Shown piece by piece: positions 7,577-13,780 of a DNA stretch of 17,234 bases (the first letter of the stretch is position 1; every line of letters starts with the position of its first letter). The translations under genes and the position numbers were made by a program. Under the pieces are notes generated by a model, which searched no databases, was not told the origin of the DNA, and saw nothing but the letters and a program-made list of their open reading frames with translations. The stretch is from a virus (Duplodnaviria; Heunggongvirae; Uroviricota; Caudoviricetes): positions 1 to 17,234 of IMG/VR virus record IMGVR_UViG_2778261690_000005, one strand, 5' to 3'.

Positions 7577-8456
7577 CGTGTTCACCCTCACGAACTTTCA
7601 GGTAGGTATTGTCGTTAAGCAGGAAATCAAATCCCTTTTTGTGCCAGACGGTTCCGCGTTGATGGTTTGGGCGTTCTTCGAACATCCATCGGCAATTTTC
7701 GCCTACGTAGCTCAAATAATTTCTCCAGTCCTGCATCGTGAACCCATGCCCGTCAAGCTGGCGGGTTATCACTCCGGCTTTGCGCCAGAACGTTCGGATC
7801 TGGTTTTTACGCTTGTCATTCAGTGCGCGGATTCTTGGCGCTTCAGGAAGGATTTCGTGGTAAGCATCGACAACATCCTGACAGCTAACGGAAGGTTTTT
7901 TCTTGTCAGACTTTTTGTCTGCTGTGGCACTCTCTAATACGTCAGTATTAGAGATATTATTTATATTATTGTTTATGGACAACCGTTGGACAACCGTTGG
8001 ACAATCTCCGCTGAGAGCCGCGCCATTACTGGTGTTTGCGTTGGACAACCGTTGGACAACCGTTGGACAATTTTTTGCCTGAAAATCGTCATATTTAACG
8101 ATTGTAAACAGGCTAAATTTCTTCCCCATCGAGCAAATATTAAGCATCCCTTTCGACTCAAAAGTCCGTAATAAGCTCCGAACTTTGTTGTCGGGGATGA
8201 ATGTTTCTCTGACCAGCGACGGGCGTCCAGTTATCATCTGACCGCGATCAACAGTTATCGGACCGATATCCGTATTGACGACAGTAGATTCGTGATTAGC
8301 CTTGAGGATTAAGTGAAGCCAAAGATGTACTGCCTGAGAGTCCTTATAGAGCCTGCTGTCCATAAACTGGCGGTGTATAGAGACATACCCCATACTGGAT
8401 GCCTCCTGATGTTGTACAGGGTTATGCCTGTAATCAGCTAACTTAACGACGCCCAT
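7566..8456 (-). CDS. Replication initiator, lambda O / P22 gp18-like, with ori iterons inside the gene
   Basis: 296-aa ORF immediately upstream of the helicase, in the cII-proximal position of lambda O. The central part encodes the repeated peptide CPTVVQRLS twice, mirroring the DNA iterons, and an Asn/Ile-rich linker follows the AT-rich DNA segment. Confidence 0.8.
   Translation of the reverse strand: MGVVKLADYRHNPVQHQEASSMGYVSIHRQFMDSRLYKDSQAVHLWLHLILKANHESTVVNTDIGPITVDRGQMITGRPSLVRETFIPDNKVRSLLRTFESKGMLNICSMGKKFSLFTIVKYDDFQAKNCPTVVQRLSNANTSNGAALSGDCPTVVQRLSINNNINNISNTDVLESATADKKSDKKKPSVSCQDVVDAYHEILPEAPRIRALNDKRKNQIRTFWRKAGVITRQLDGHGFTMQDWRNYLSYVGENCRWMFEERPNHQRGTVWHKKGFDFLLNDNTYLKVREGEHDDR
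7946..8075. repeat. Candidate origin of replication: two clusters of three 11-bp iterons (GGACAACCGTT) plus a flanking AT-rich segment
   Basis: GGACAA cores at 7977, 7988, 7999 and at 8043, 8054, 8065 with exact 11-bp periodicity, about 34 bp between clusters, and an AT-rich stretch at 7946-7976. Architecture resembles lambda ori inside O. Confidence 0.7.
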
Positions 8457-8604
8457 GTTTCACTCCTGCTTTGGCTAGTCTGTAAACACCAACAAGGCGC
8501 TCTGCGAACGCCCTGTTATTTGCTGCGGCTACCACTAATCCCTCAGGTGAATCAGGGTGTCGAATCTCTTCTTTTTCCTGGTATTTCTTACGACGTTTTG
8601 TCAT
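8443..8604 (-). CDS. Small basic hypothetical protein (53 aa) between cII and the initiator gene
   Basis: ATG at 8604 preceded by AGGAG with a 5-nt spacer; reads MTKRRKKYQEKEEIRHPDSPEGLVVAAANNRAFAERLVGVYRLAKAGVKHGRR; 3' end overlaps the initiator start. Below the six-frame cutoff. Confidence 0.4.
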   Translation of the reverse strand: MTKRRKKYQEKEEIRHPDSPEGLVVAAANNRAFAERLVGVYRLAKAGVKHGRR

Positions 8605-8613
8605 AATTACTCC

Positions 8614-8681
8614 TGTGGATTGATCCAGTCTTTCTACATCAGGCCTCGAAGAATTCGCCGTTCTTCGGGGCTTTTTCTTTT
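8614..8681 (+). ncRNA. OOP-like antisense RNA candidate (antisense to the cII 3' end)
   Basis: Plus-strand extended -10 (TG-t-CATAAT, 8599-8607) followed about 70 nt later by a strong terminator. Position and orientation match lambda OOP RNA as recalled. The promoter call is sequence-only. Confidence 0.5.
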
Positions 8682-8917
8682 GTCAGCATTCTGGCTACTT
8701 TCTTAGCCAGTTCCGCCAACTCCTCGTCTTCAACACCCCATTCAAGAACAGCCAGAAGCATTCCCATTTTGGGGATGAAGCTATCTTTCCATCGCGAAAT
8801 TTGCGATTCATTAATCCCTAACGCGTCGGCAACCTTTCGCTGACCACGTACAGCAATTCGATTCAGGATGTTGCTTGTAATTGCATTCGCTTTCTTGCGA
8901 GTACTTGTAAGTTGCAT
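8639..8917 (-). CDS. cII: CII transcriptional activator
   Basis: 92 aa from the ATG at 8917. Motif QISRWK...IPK...MLLAVLEWGV matches lambda CII as recalled. The six-frame ORF start at 9004 would overlap nutR. Confidence 0.85.
   Translation of the reverse strand: MQLTSTRKKANAITSNILNRIAVRGQRKVADALGINESQISRWKDSFIPKMGMLLAVLEWGVEDEELAELAKKVARMLTKEKAPKNGEFFEA
8643..8681 (+). terminator. Intrinsic terminator on the plus strand inside the cII 3' end (tO-like)
   Basis: 11-bp stem (GCCTCGAAGAA 8643-8653 with TTCTTCGGGGC 8661-8671, one G-U pair, 7-nt loop) followed by TTTTTCTTTT. No T-run in the opposite orientation. Confidence 0.7.
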
Positions 8918-8975
8918 ATGTAAGTATTTCCTTAACAAATAAGAAGTTATGCGCATCAAATTATGCGCGTTGTAT

Positions 8976-9018
8976 TCCCGCATTTCGGCGGGAATGAGGA
9001 CCATGACTGTTAAAGAGC
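8976..9018 (-). promoter_or_regulatory. nutR: boxA (GCTCTTTAAC) plus boxB hairpin (TCCCGCCGAAATGCGGGA)
   Basis: Located 8 nt downstream of the cro stop on the minus strand. Same boxA and boxB sequences recur at nutL (10650-10690). A palindromic hairpin at 8951-8968 (GCGCAT-CAAATT-ATGCGC) follows, as a possible tR1-like element. Confidence 0.7.
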
Positions 9019-9025
9019 GGTGTTA

Positions 9026-9220
9026 CTATTTGTTTTTCTTGTTGCTTGGGAAAGGACGAACTTCCTCTCCAATCACACTGCCATCAGGCTTTACCGTAAC
9101 CATGATGTTACGGCCTGCCAGAATGGCCTTGCTGATAGCGCACTGGATTACACCAAAGTCACTGGCTGCTTTAGCCTGTCCATGGATTTTGGCGTAATCG
9201 GCAAGTGTCATTCGAATCAT
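9026..9220 (-). CDS. cro: Cro repressor
   Basis: Lambda Cro-like (ITLKDYA versus MTLADYA; C-terminal [11 protein letters not shown]). ATG at 9220 is preceded by GGAGAG with a 5-nt spacer; the six-frame start at 9226 is GTG. Confidence 0.85.
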   Translation of the reverse strand: MIRMTLADYAKIHGQAKAASDFGVIQCAISKAILAGRNIMVTVKPDGSVIGEEVRPFPSNKKNK

Positions 9221-9249
9221 ATGCACTCTCCGTTATTAACCATGAACAA

Positions 9250-9320
9250 AGAATACTACAGGTATTCAAAGCAATCAATACTCAGGGTATTTTTAGTTTA
9301 AGTACCTTAGCTATTAGAAT
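9250..9320. promoter_or_regulatory. OR operator region with divergent pR and pRM candidates
   Basis: Three 15-bp dyad sites: AATACTACAGGTATT (9252-9266), AATACTCAGGGTATT (9278-9292), degenerate AGTACCTTAGCTATT (9301-9315). pR candidate on minus strand: -35 TTGATT (9273-9278), 17-bp spacer, -10 TATTCT (9250-9255). pRM candidate on plus strand: -10 TAGAAT (9315-9320), placing the start at the cI AUG (leaderless, as in lambda). Confidence 0.55.
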
Positions 9321-9326
9321 TAAGCT

Positions 9327-10043
9327 ATGGAAAATAAAAAATCACTGACGACAGAACAGCTAGAAGACGCTAAGCGGCTTAAGGCTTTGTATGAGTCAAA
9401 AAAGAAAGAATTGGGAATAACCCAATACTCAATCGCTGATGAACTGGGTATCACCCAAGGAGCGGTAGGGCATTATCTTAATGGCAGAAACGCGCTAAAC
9501 GTTGAGGTTGCATCTGGTTTTGCACGACTGTTGCAAGTCTCAATTGCTGATTTTAGCCAGTCAATTGCTGCCAAGGTTGCAGAACAGGCAGAAAGCCTTA
9601 AGAGCGATGCCAACGTAAGGTATGCAGGAGAATACAGAGCAGGAAAGAGGTATCCGGTGTTAAGCAGTATCCAGGCTGGCTCGTGGTGTGAAGCATGCGA
9701 ACCATACACCATTAAAGACATAGATGTTTGGCTTGAGTCTGACGCGCATATTCAAGGTAATGCGTTCTGGCTTAAAGTGGAAGGTGATTCAATGACGGCA
9801 CCGGTTGGGTTAAGCATTCCAGAGGGAACATTCGTTCTTTTCGATACCGGAAGGGAGGCGATCAACGGCAGCTTGGTCATAGCAAAACTTTCTGACTCTA
9901 ACGAAGCAACATTCAAGAAGCTGATAATCGACGGCGGAAATAAATACCTCAAGGGACTTAATCCTGCATGGCCTCTCGTGCCAATCAATGGAAACTGCAA
10001 GATTATAGGCGTTGCAATTGAGACAAAACTCAGACTGGTTTGA
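9327..10043 (+). CDS. cI: CI repressor (HTH N-domain plus S24 LexA-like autocleavage domain)
   Basis: 238 aa. N-terminus LTTEQLEDAKRLKALYESKKKELGITQ matches lambda CI ([27 protein letters not shown]) as recalled; Ala-Gly cleavage-site candidate; C-terminal GDSM...FKKLI...LNP motif. Confidence 0.9.
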   Translation: MENKKSLTTEQLEDAKRLKALYESKKKELGITQYSIADELGITQGAVGHYLNGRNALNVEVASGFARLLQVSIADFSQSIAAKVAEQAESLKSDANVRYAGEYRAGKRYPVLSSIQAGSWCEACEPYTIKDIDVWLESDAHIQGNAFWLKVEGDSMTAPVGLSIPEGTFVLFDTGREAINGSLVIAKLSDSNEATFKKLIIDGGNKYLKGLNPAWPLVPINGNCKIIGVAIETKLRLV

Positions 10044-10061
10044 TCACGCAAGGGGGCGCTT

Positions 10062-10430
10062 ATGGTTGGAACCGCTATAGCAAGCTTTTTGGGGATGTTG
10101 GCAATCTCAACAATTTACGGCTTAGCGCATGCTTTTATTGCGAAATCTCTATCAGAAAAAATAAGCCAGGCTTGGGCGCATAGATCAGCTCGTTTCATGA
10201 TTCTGGTGATCATAGCAATACAAGGGATATCTGCATTTATCATCTATGGATCAAGCTTATACCTATTGTATCAAGGCGCGACATTTACGCCTTACACCAG
10301 TGATTACGGAACTCTATACGATGGTAGTGAAGACATCTCTATGGCTTGGATCGTCTTTGGTTTATCTATGGCCGTGTCTGTTGTAGCAGACATCATTAAG
10401 GTAATTCTCGTCTTAACCTTCGCTGACTAA
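10062..10430 (+). CDS. Small integral membrane protein (122 aa, about 3 TM helices) at the rex position downstream of cI
   Basis: ATG preceded by AAGGGGG with a 5-nt spacer, 19 nt after the cI stop. Three hydrophobic helices (residues about 4-26, 45-69, 95-120). No resemblance to lambda RexA or RexB as recalled. Confidence 0.6.
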   Translation: MVGTAIASFLGMLAISTIYGLAHAFIAKSLSEKISQAWAHRSARFMILVIIAIQGISAFIIYGSSLYLLYQGATFTPYTSDYGTLYDGSEDISMAWIVFGLSMAVSVVADIIKVILVLTFAD

Positions 10431-10516
10431 CCCATAATCCCGGCAGCAATAGCTATCGGGATCAACTTCACATATCCCGCATAAAAAGCACTGAACAAGC
10501 AGACGACGAAAAAATA

Positions 10517-10603
10517 AATATCCTTTGTATTCATTTGCTTATCATTATTTCACCAAAAATAAATACCTTGGGTATTTACACAATAAAATACCTACAGTAT
10601 TCT
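10517..10603 (+). promoter_or_regulatory. OL operator region with pL candidate
   Basis: Three dyad sites of the same family as OR: AATATCCTTTGTATT (10517-10531), AATACCTTGGGTATT (10562-10576), AATACCTACAGTATT (10587-10601). pL candidate: -35 TTTACA (10575-10580), 17-bp spacer, -10 TATTCT (10598-10603), the same -10 hexamer as the pR candidate. Confidence 0.55.
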
Positions 10604-10649
10604 TTAGCCATCAGCAGGACGCTGGTAGCCAAACGGAACAGATTGGCAG

Positions 10650-10690
10650 GCTCTTTAACATTGATGGGATTGTCCCGCCGAAATGCGGGA
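10650..10690 (+). promoter_or_regulatory. nutL: boxA (GCTCTTTAAC) plus boxB hairpin (TCCCGCCGAAATGCGGGA)
   Basis: Exact copy of the nutR boxA and boxB on the opposite strand, downstream of pL and upstream of N. boxA resembles the rrn-type boxA (GCTCTTTAACAA). Confidence 0.7.
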
Positions 10691-11048
10691 ACTGAGTTTA
10701 ACCAAACAGGAGGTGCCGTAATGGTGCACTAACGCGGTTAGACCGCAGCCGAAAGGCAATGCAGCAGTAATGATGCTGCCCCGAGTCGCGTAATGGCGAG
10801 CAGGTTTAGCAGACCGATGTGAGGGTAAATAAGGGAACATGCTCCGGAAAGGCAGCGCGAATGCCAGACGCGCACCGGTTATCAGCGGCTAATAAGCGAC
10901 AGAGACTCAAGGGCATGAGCGCGCTCACTGCGAGAGTGTGAGTCAAAGAGTAGTTGGCTTTGGGGTGACGTGAAGTGCAGCTGCACGACGGCAACCGGAA
11001 GATAAGCACCCGGCGCGTCACCGCCAAAGTCAATCATCGGAGGTCAAC

Positions 11049-11348
11049 ATGACAGTAGTCATTACATATCTGGCTGACGATAACGCCAGAAATCGCCGCA
11101 GAGCACGCAGACAGGCTCAACGTGAACAGGCAATGCAAGAACAGCGATTGGCGCGAAAGATTGCGCTAAAGCTCTCTGGTTGCGTCAGAGCAGATAAAGC
11201 AGCATCACTCGGAAGCCTTCGCTGCAAGAAGGCAGAAGAAGTCGAGCGTAAACAGAACCGTATTTACTACCGCAAGCCACGCAGTGAAATGGGTGTGACT
11301 TGTGTTGGTCGCCAGAAAATGAAATTAGGCAGCAAACCACTTATTTGA
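11049..11348 (+). CDS. N: N antiterminator
   Basis: 99 aa with an N-terminal Arg-rich motif (DDNARNRRRARRQAQREQ) and a C-terminus resembling lambda N (YYRKPRSEMGVTCVGRQKMKLGSKPLI versus WYSKPGERGITCSGRQKIKGKSIPLI, from memory). RBS GGAGG with a 5-nt spacer; nutL and nutR are present. Confidence 0.85.
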   Translation: MTVVITYLADDNARNRRRARRQAQREQAMQEQRLARKIALKLSGCVRADKAASLGSLRCKKAEEVERKQNRIYYRKPRSEMGVTCVGRQKMKLGSKPLI

Positions 11349-11359
11349 GAGGAATTAAT

Positions 11360-11983
11360 ATGTCATCAATCCGCTTAACTACGAGAATGAAAGAGGAAAT
11401 CGCTCGTAACGCTTTAATTAAGTCTGGGGTTTTCACTGAACTTGAAGAAGTAACAAAGTTAAAGAACCAGCTTGCACTTGACGCCAGAGTTATTGCGTTT
11501 GGCGGGAAAAAGAAAACCGAAGAAGTGGACCAGCTGGCATCAAAGTTAATGGCTGCAAGTGAGGAACTTCAAAAGCTTGGATGTTCATTTTACTCACGCG
11601 ATGTCAGTTCAAGTTCGATTTATCTGACTGTATCTGGAAGAAGGGTTGGCTGGCATTCATACGGAAAAGACGGCAACGGTGAAGATATATTTCTCCCTAC
11701 CCCCAACAAAGATAAATGCATGTTTGACGCAGAACACAAAATAACAAAAAGGTTTGATGAAATCTGCGAATTGCAACAAAAACTTGAAGCCAGGAAAAAG
11801 GATATCGAATCAAATGTATGGGCTGCTTTGAACTCAGTCACAACAGTTAAGCGACTTATTGAGGTCTGGCCTGAAAGCAAAGAGTTGCTACCAAAAGAAG
11901 CAGATAAAGCAAGTGCAGCACTTCCTGCTTTACGGGTAGAAGATTTGAATAAGATGATTGGACTTCCTTCCGAGGCCGCATAG
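11360..11983 (+). CDS. Hypothetical protein (207 aa), first gene after N; function unknown
   Basis: ATG at 11360 preceded by GAGAGGAA, 12 nt after the N stop; stop codon embedded in a terminator hairpin. Predicted soluble, charged, partly coiled-coil. The six-frame start at 11300 overlaps N and is a likely over-extension. Confidence 0.65.
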   Translation: MSSIRLTTRMKEEIARNALIKSGVFTELEEVTKLKNQLALDARVIAFGGKKKTEEVDQLASKLMAASEELQKLGCSFYSRDVSSSSIYLTVSGRRVGWHSYGKDGNGEDIFLPTPNKDKCMFDAEHKITKRFDEICELQQKLEARKKDIESNVWAALNSVTTVKRLIEVWPESKELLPKEADKASAALPALRVEDLNKMIGLPSEAA

Positions 11984-12000
11984 TCGGCCTTTATTTTTGG
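11973..12000 (+). terminator. Intrinsic terminator (tL1-like) at the end of the 207-aa gene
   Basis: AGGCCG-CATAGT-CGGCCT stem-loop followed by TTTATTTTTGG; the gene's TAG stop sits in the loop. Confidence 0.6.
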
Positions 12001-12127
12001 CATAAACAACAGAATAAACACTGCACTGTGTATTCATTCCAACGAGTGAATACACGGAGCAATGTCGCTCGTAACTAAACAGGAGCCGACTTGTTCTGAT
12101 TATTGGAAATCTTCTTTGCCCTCCAGT

Positions 12128-12153
12128 GTGAGGGCTTTTTTATATGCATACCA
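12128..12153 (+). terminator. Intrinsic terminator (tL2-like) upstream of cIII
   Basis: GCCCTC-CAGTGT-GAGGGC followed by TTTTTTAT. Confidence 0.7.
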
Positions 12154-12207
12154 ATAACGCTTCACTCGAGGCGTTTTCGTTATGCAATCAAATATAAGGA
12201 GTTACCC

Positions 12208-12342
12208 ATGATGCACTTTCAGCTCGCGGGTAGCGGCGTCATGTCCGCTTTCTACCCGCACGAATCTGAATTATCACGCCGAGTTAAACAATTAATCAGA
12301 GCAGCAAAGAAACAACTGGAGGCGTTATGCGCAATGAAATAG
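12208..12342 (+). CDS. cIII: CIII (FtsH/HflB inhibitor) homolog
   Basis: 44 aa from ATG-ATG at 12208 (AAGGAG RBS, 6-nt spacer): MMHFQLAGSGVMSAFYPHESELSRRVKQLIRAAKK... resembles lambda CIII (MQYAIAGWPVAGCPSESLLERITRKLRDGWKRL) as recalled. The six-frame ORF start at 12103 is an extension. Confidence 0.7.
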   Translation: MMHFQLAGSGVMSAFYPHESELSRRVKQLIRAAKKQLEALCAMK

Positions 12343-12478
12343 CCATTAATCACCAGATGCTTCGTGCTGCACAGAACAAAGCAGTAATAGCCCGATTTAT
12401 TGGTGATTCAAAAATGTGGCTTGAAGCAAATAAAGCGATGAAATCAGCTATCAACCTTCCGTGGTATCGCAGGAAATG
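12327..12478 (+). CDS. Kil-like small protein (host division inhibitor candidate)
   Basis: 50-aa ORF overlapping the cIII 3' end, with GGAGG RBS. Central motif ARFIGDSKMW resembles lambda Kil (TFIGDEKMF) as I recall it; that recall is uncertain. Confidence 0.45.
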
Positions 12479-12560
12479 AGTTTTACAGATAACTGGTCAG
12501 ACGAAGAATTCATTCGTCAGATGAAAGAAATGCTCAATCAGCACAAAGAACAGGAGAAAG

Positions 12561-12872
12561 ATGATGATTCTGACTCTGAATGATAAGCGTGAAATATCGC
12601 AAATAATCGCAAGTTTTACTGATGAAGATTACGAACGAATCAACAGTGAAGTTGATCGCCTCTGCAAACGTTGCGACCCAATAAGCGAAATGCTTCGCTC
12701 ATATAAACCAGATGAACACACTAAGGACGCTATCGACTGGCTGGAAGATGATGACTGTAACTATCAGGAAAAAGCCGCTGAATGGTTCTGGGATGCAATA
12801 ACCGAAAGAGTTAAGGCTGAATATGCCTTCGCAATATTCAAACGCAGACACATTTTTGGAGAAGCTGCATGA
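12561..12872 (+). CDS. Hypothetical acidic protein (103 aa)
   Basis: ATG preceded by AGGAG; stop overlaps the recT start (ATGA). Acidic, with 4 Cys. No family recognised. Confidence 0.6.
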   Translation: MMILTLNDKREISQIIASFTDEDYERINSEVDRLCKRCDPISEMLRSYKPDEHTKDAIDWLEDDDCNYQEKAAEWFWDAITERVKAEYAFAIFKRRHIFGEAA

Positions 12873-13780
12873 GCAATATCGTTGAATTCGTTAAACAGCA
12901 GGAGCAGTTATTCTGCGGAGCATTGACTAAACAGACGGTGACATGGGCTAAGGAAAGCCAGTTTGCAATTCAGTATTTCCAGAAAAACGATTACCTGGCT
13001 AAAACAGCACTGGCAAATCCAACCAGCGCACAGAACGCCATCATCAATGTTGCGGCGATCGGCATCACCTTAAACCCGGCCAGCAAACTGGCTTATCTGG
13101 TTCCGCGCGACGGCATGGTGTGCCTTGATATCAGTTATATGGGATTGCTCCATATTGCAATGGAGTCTGGTGTTATCTCATGGGGTCAGGCAAAACTTGT
13201 TCATGCTAACGATACCTATGAGTCAAACGGGCTTGATAAAGCACCAACCCATAAATACAACGCCTTCGGTGATCGTGGTGATATCGTTGGCGTTTACTGC
13301 ACAGTTAAGACGCCAGCAGGTGATTATCTAACGGAAGAGATGAGTCTGGCTGAAATTGAGGCTGTAAGGAAAACAAGCAAGGCGGCCTTCAGCGATAAAG
13401 GACCATGGGTAAATCACTGGAATGAGATGGCGCGAAAGACGGTCGTAAAGCGTGCAAGCAAGTATTGGCCTAAGGCATCACGTCTTGATAGTGCTATTCA
13501 CGTACTAAACGAAGAAGAAGGTGTGTGGACTGAACCAGTTATGCCGCACAAATCAGAGGAAGATATCCGCGAAGATGAACGGAAACGCCAGCAGGAAATA
13601 ACGGATAAAGCACAACTTCTTTGTGATGAAATGGCTCAGGCAGAAAACATGGATGATTTGAAGCGATATTTTGCAGAAGCATATCGCCTGACATCTGGAA
13701 TGAAATTGCAGCAGAACGTACAAGCCATTTACGCAGAATGCAAAGCGAAACTGGAGGTTGCCAGTGAGCAAACTGTATGA
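12869..13780 (+). CDS. recT: RecT-family single-strand annealing recombinase
   Basis: 303 aa. Motif FSDKGPWVNHWNEMARKTVVKRASKYWPKAS matches the E. coli RecT region GPWVTHWEEMAKKTAIRRLFKYLP as recalled. Confidence 0.85.
   Translation: MSNIVEFVKQQEQLFCGALTKQTVTWAKESQFAIQYFQKNDYLAKTALANPTSAQNAIINVAAIGITLNPASKLAYLVPRDGMVCLDISYMGLLHIAMESGVISWGQAKLVHANDTYESNGLDKAPTHKYNAFGDRGDIVGVYCTVKTPAGDYLTEEMSLAEIEAVRKTSKAAFSDKGPWVNHWNEMARKTVVKRASKYWPKASRLDSAIHVLNEEEGVWTEPVMPHKSEEDIREDERKRQQEITDKAQLLCDEMAQAENMDDLKRYFAEAYRLTSGMKLQQNVQAIYAECKAKLEVASEQTV

Noticed and set aside
6879-7937. Plus-strand ORFs inside the helicase and initiator genes (6879-7142, 7112-7339, 7234-7605, 7578-7937)
   Set aside because: Antisense to strongly supported CDSs, low-complexity composition, no RBS.
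7973-8171. Short ORFs on both strands over the iteron array (7973-8161 minus, 7986-8171 plus)
   Set aside because: They are generated by the repeated iteron sequence and show the repeat as peptide repetition; the initiator frame is the supported one. The array is also not a CRISPR array, since the 11-bp units are contiguous without spacers.
8918-9004. N-terminal extension of the cII ORF (six-frame ORF 8639-9004)
   Set aside because: The extension would read through the nutR boxA/boxB and the tR1-like hairpin. The internal ATG at 8917 aligns with the lambda CII N-terminus.
10437-10462. Hairpin ATCCCG-N14-CGGGAT after the membrane-protein gene
   Set aside because: No adjacent T-run in either orientation, so it is not a convincing intrinsic terminator; it may be incidental.
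10535-11033. ORFs 10535-10732 (plus), 10655-10840 (minus) and 10806-11033 (minus) in the pL-N leader
   Set aside because: The first spans the OL operators and nutL. The others are antisense to the N leader and Arg/Cys/Ser-rich as expected from GC-rich non-coding sequence. The region is treated as a structured leader instead.
11620-12021. 133-aa minus-strand ORF antisense to the 207-aa gene
   Set aside because: Ser/Leu-rich antisense artefact with no RBS; it was considered as a possible sieB-like divergent gene but has no membrane-protein character.
12477-12578. 33-aa ORF (MSFTDNWSDEEF...) between the kil-like ORF and the 103-aa gene
   Set aside because: ATGA-coupled to the kil-like ORF, but the only SD-like sequence abuts the ATG with no spacer and the product is short and low-complexity; too weak to call.
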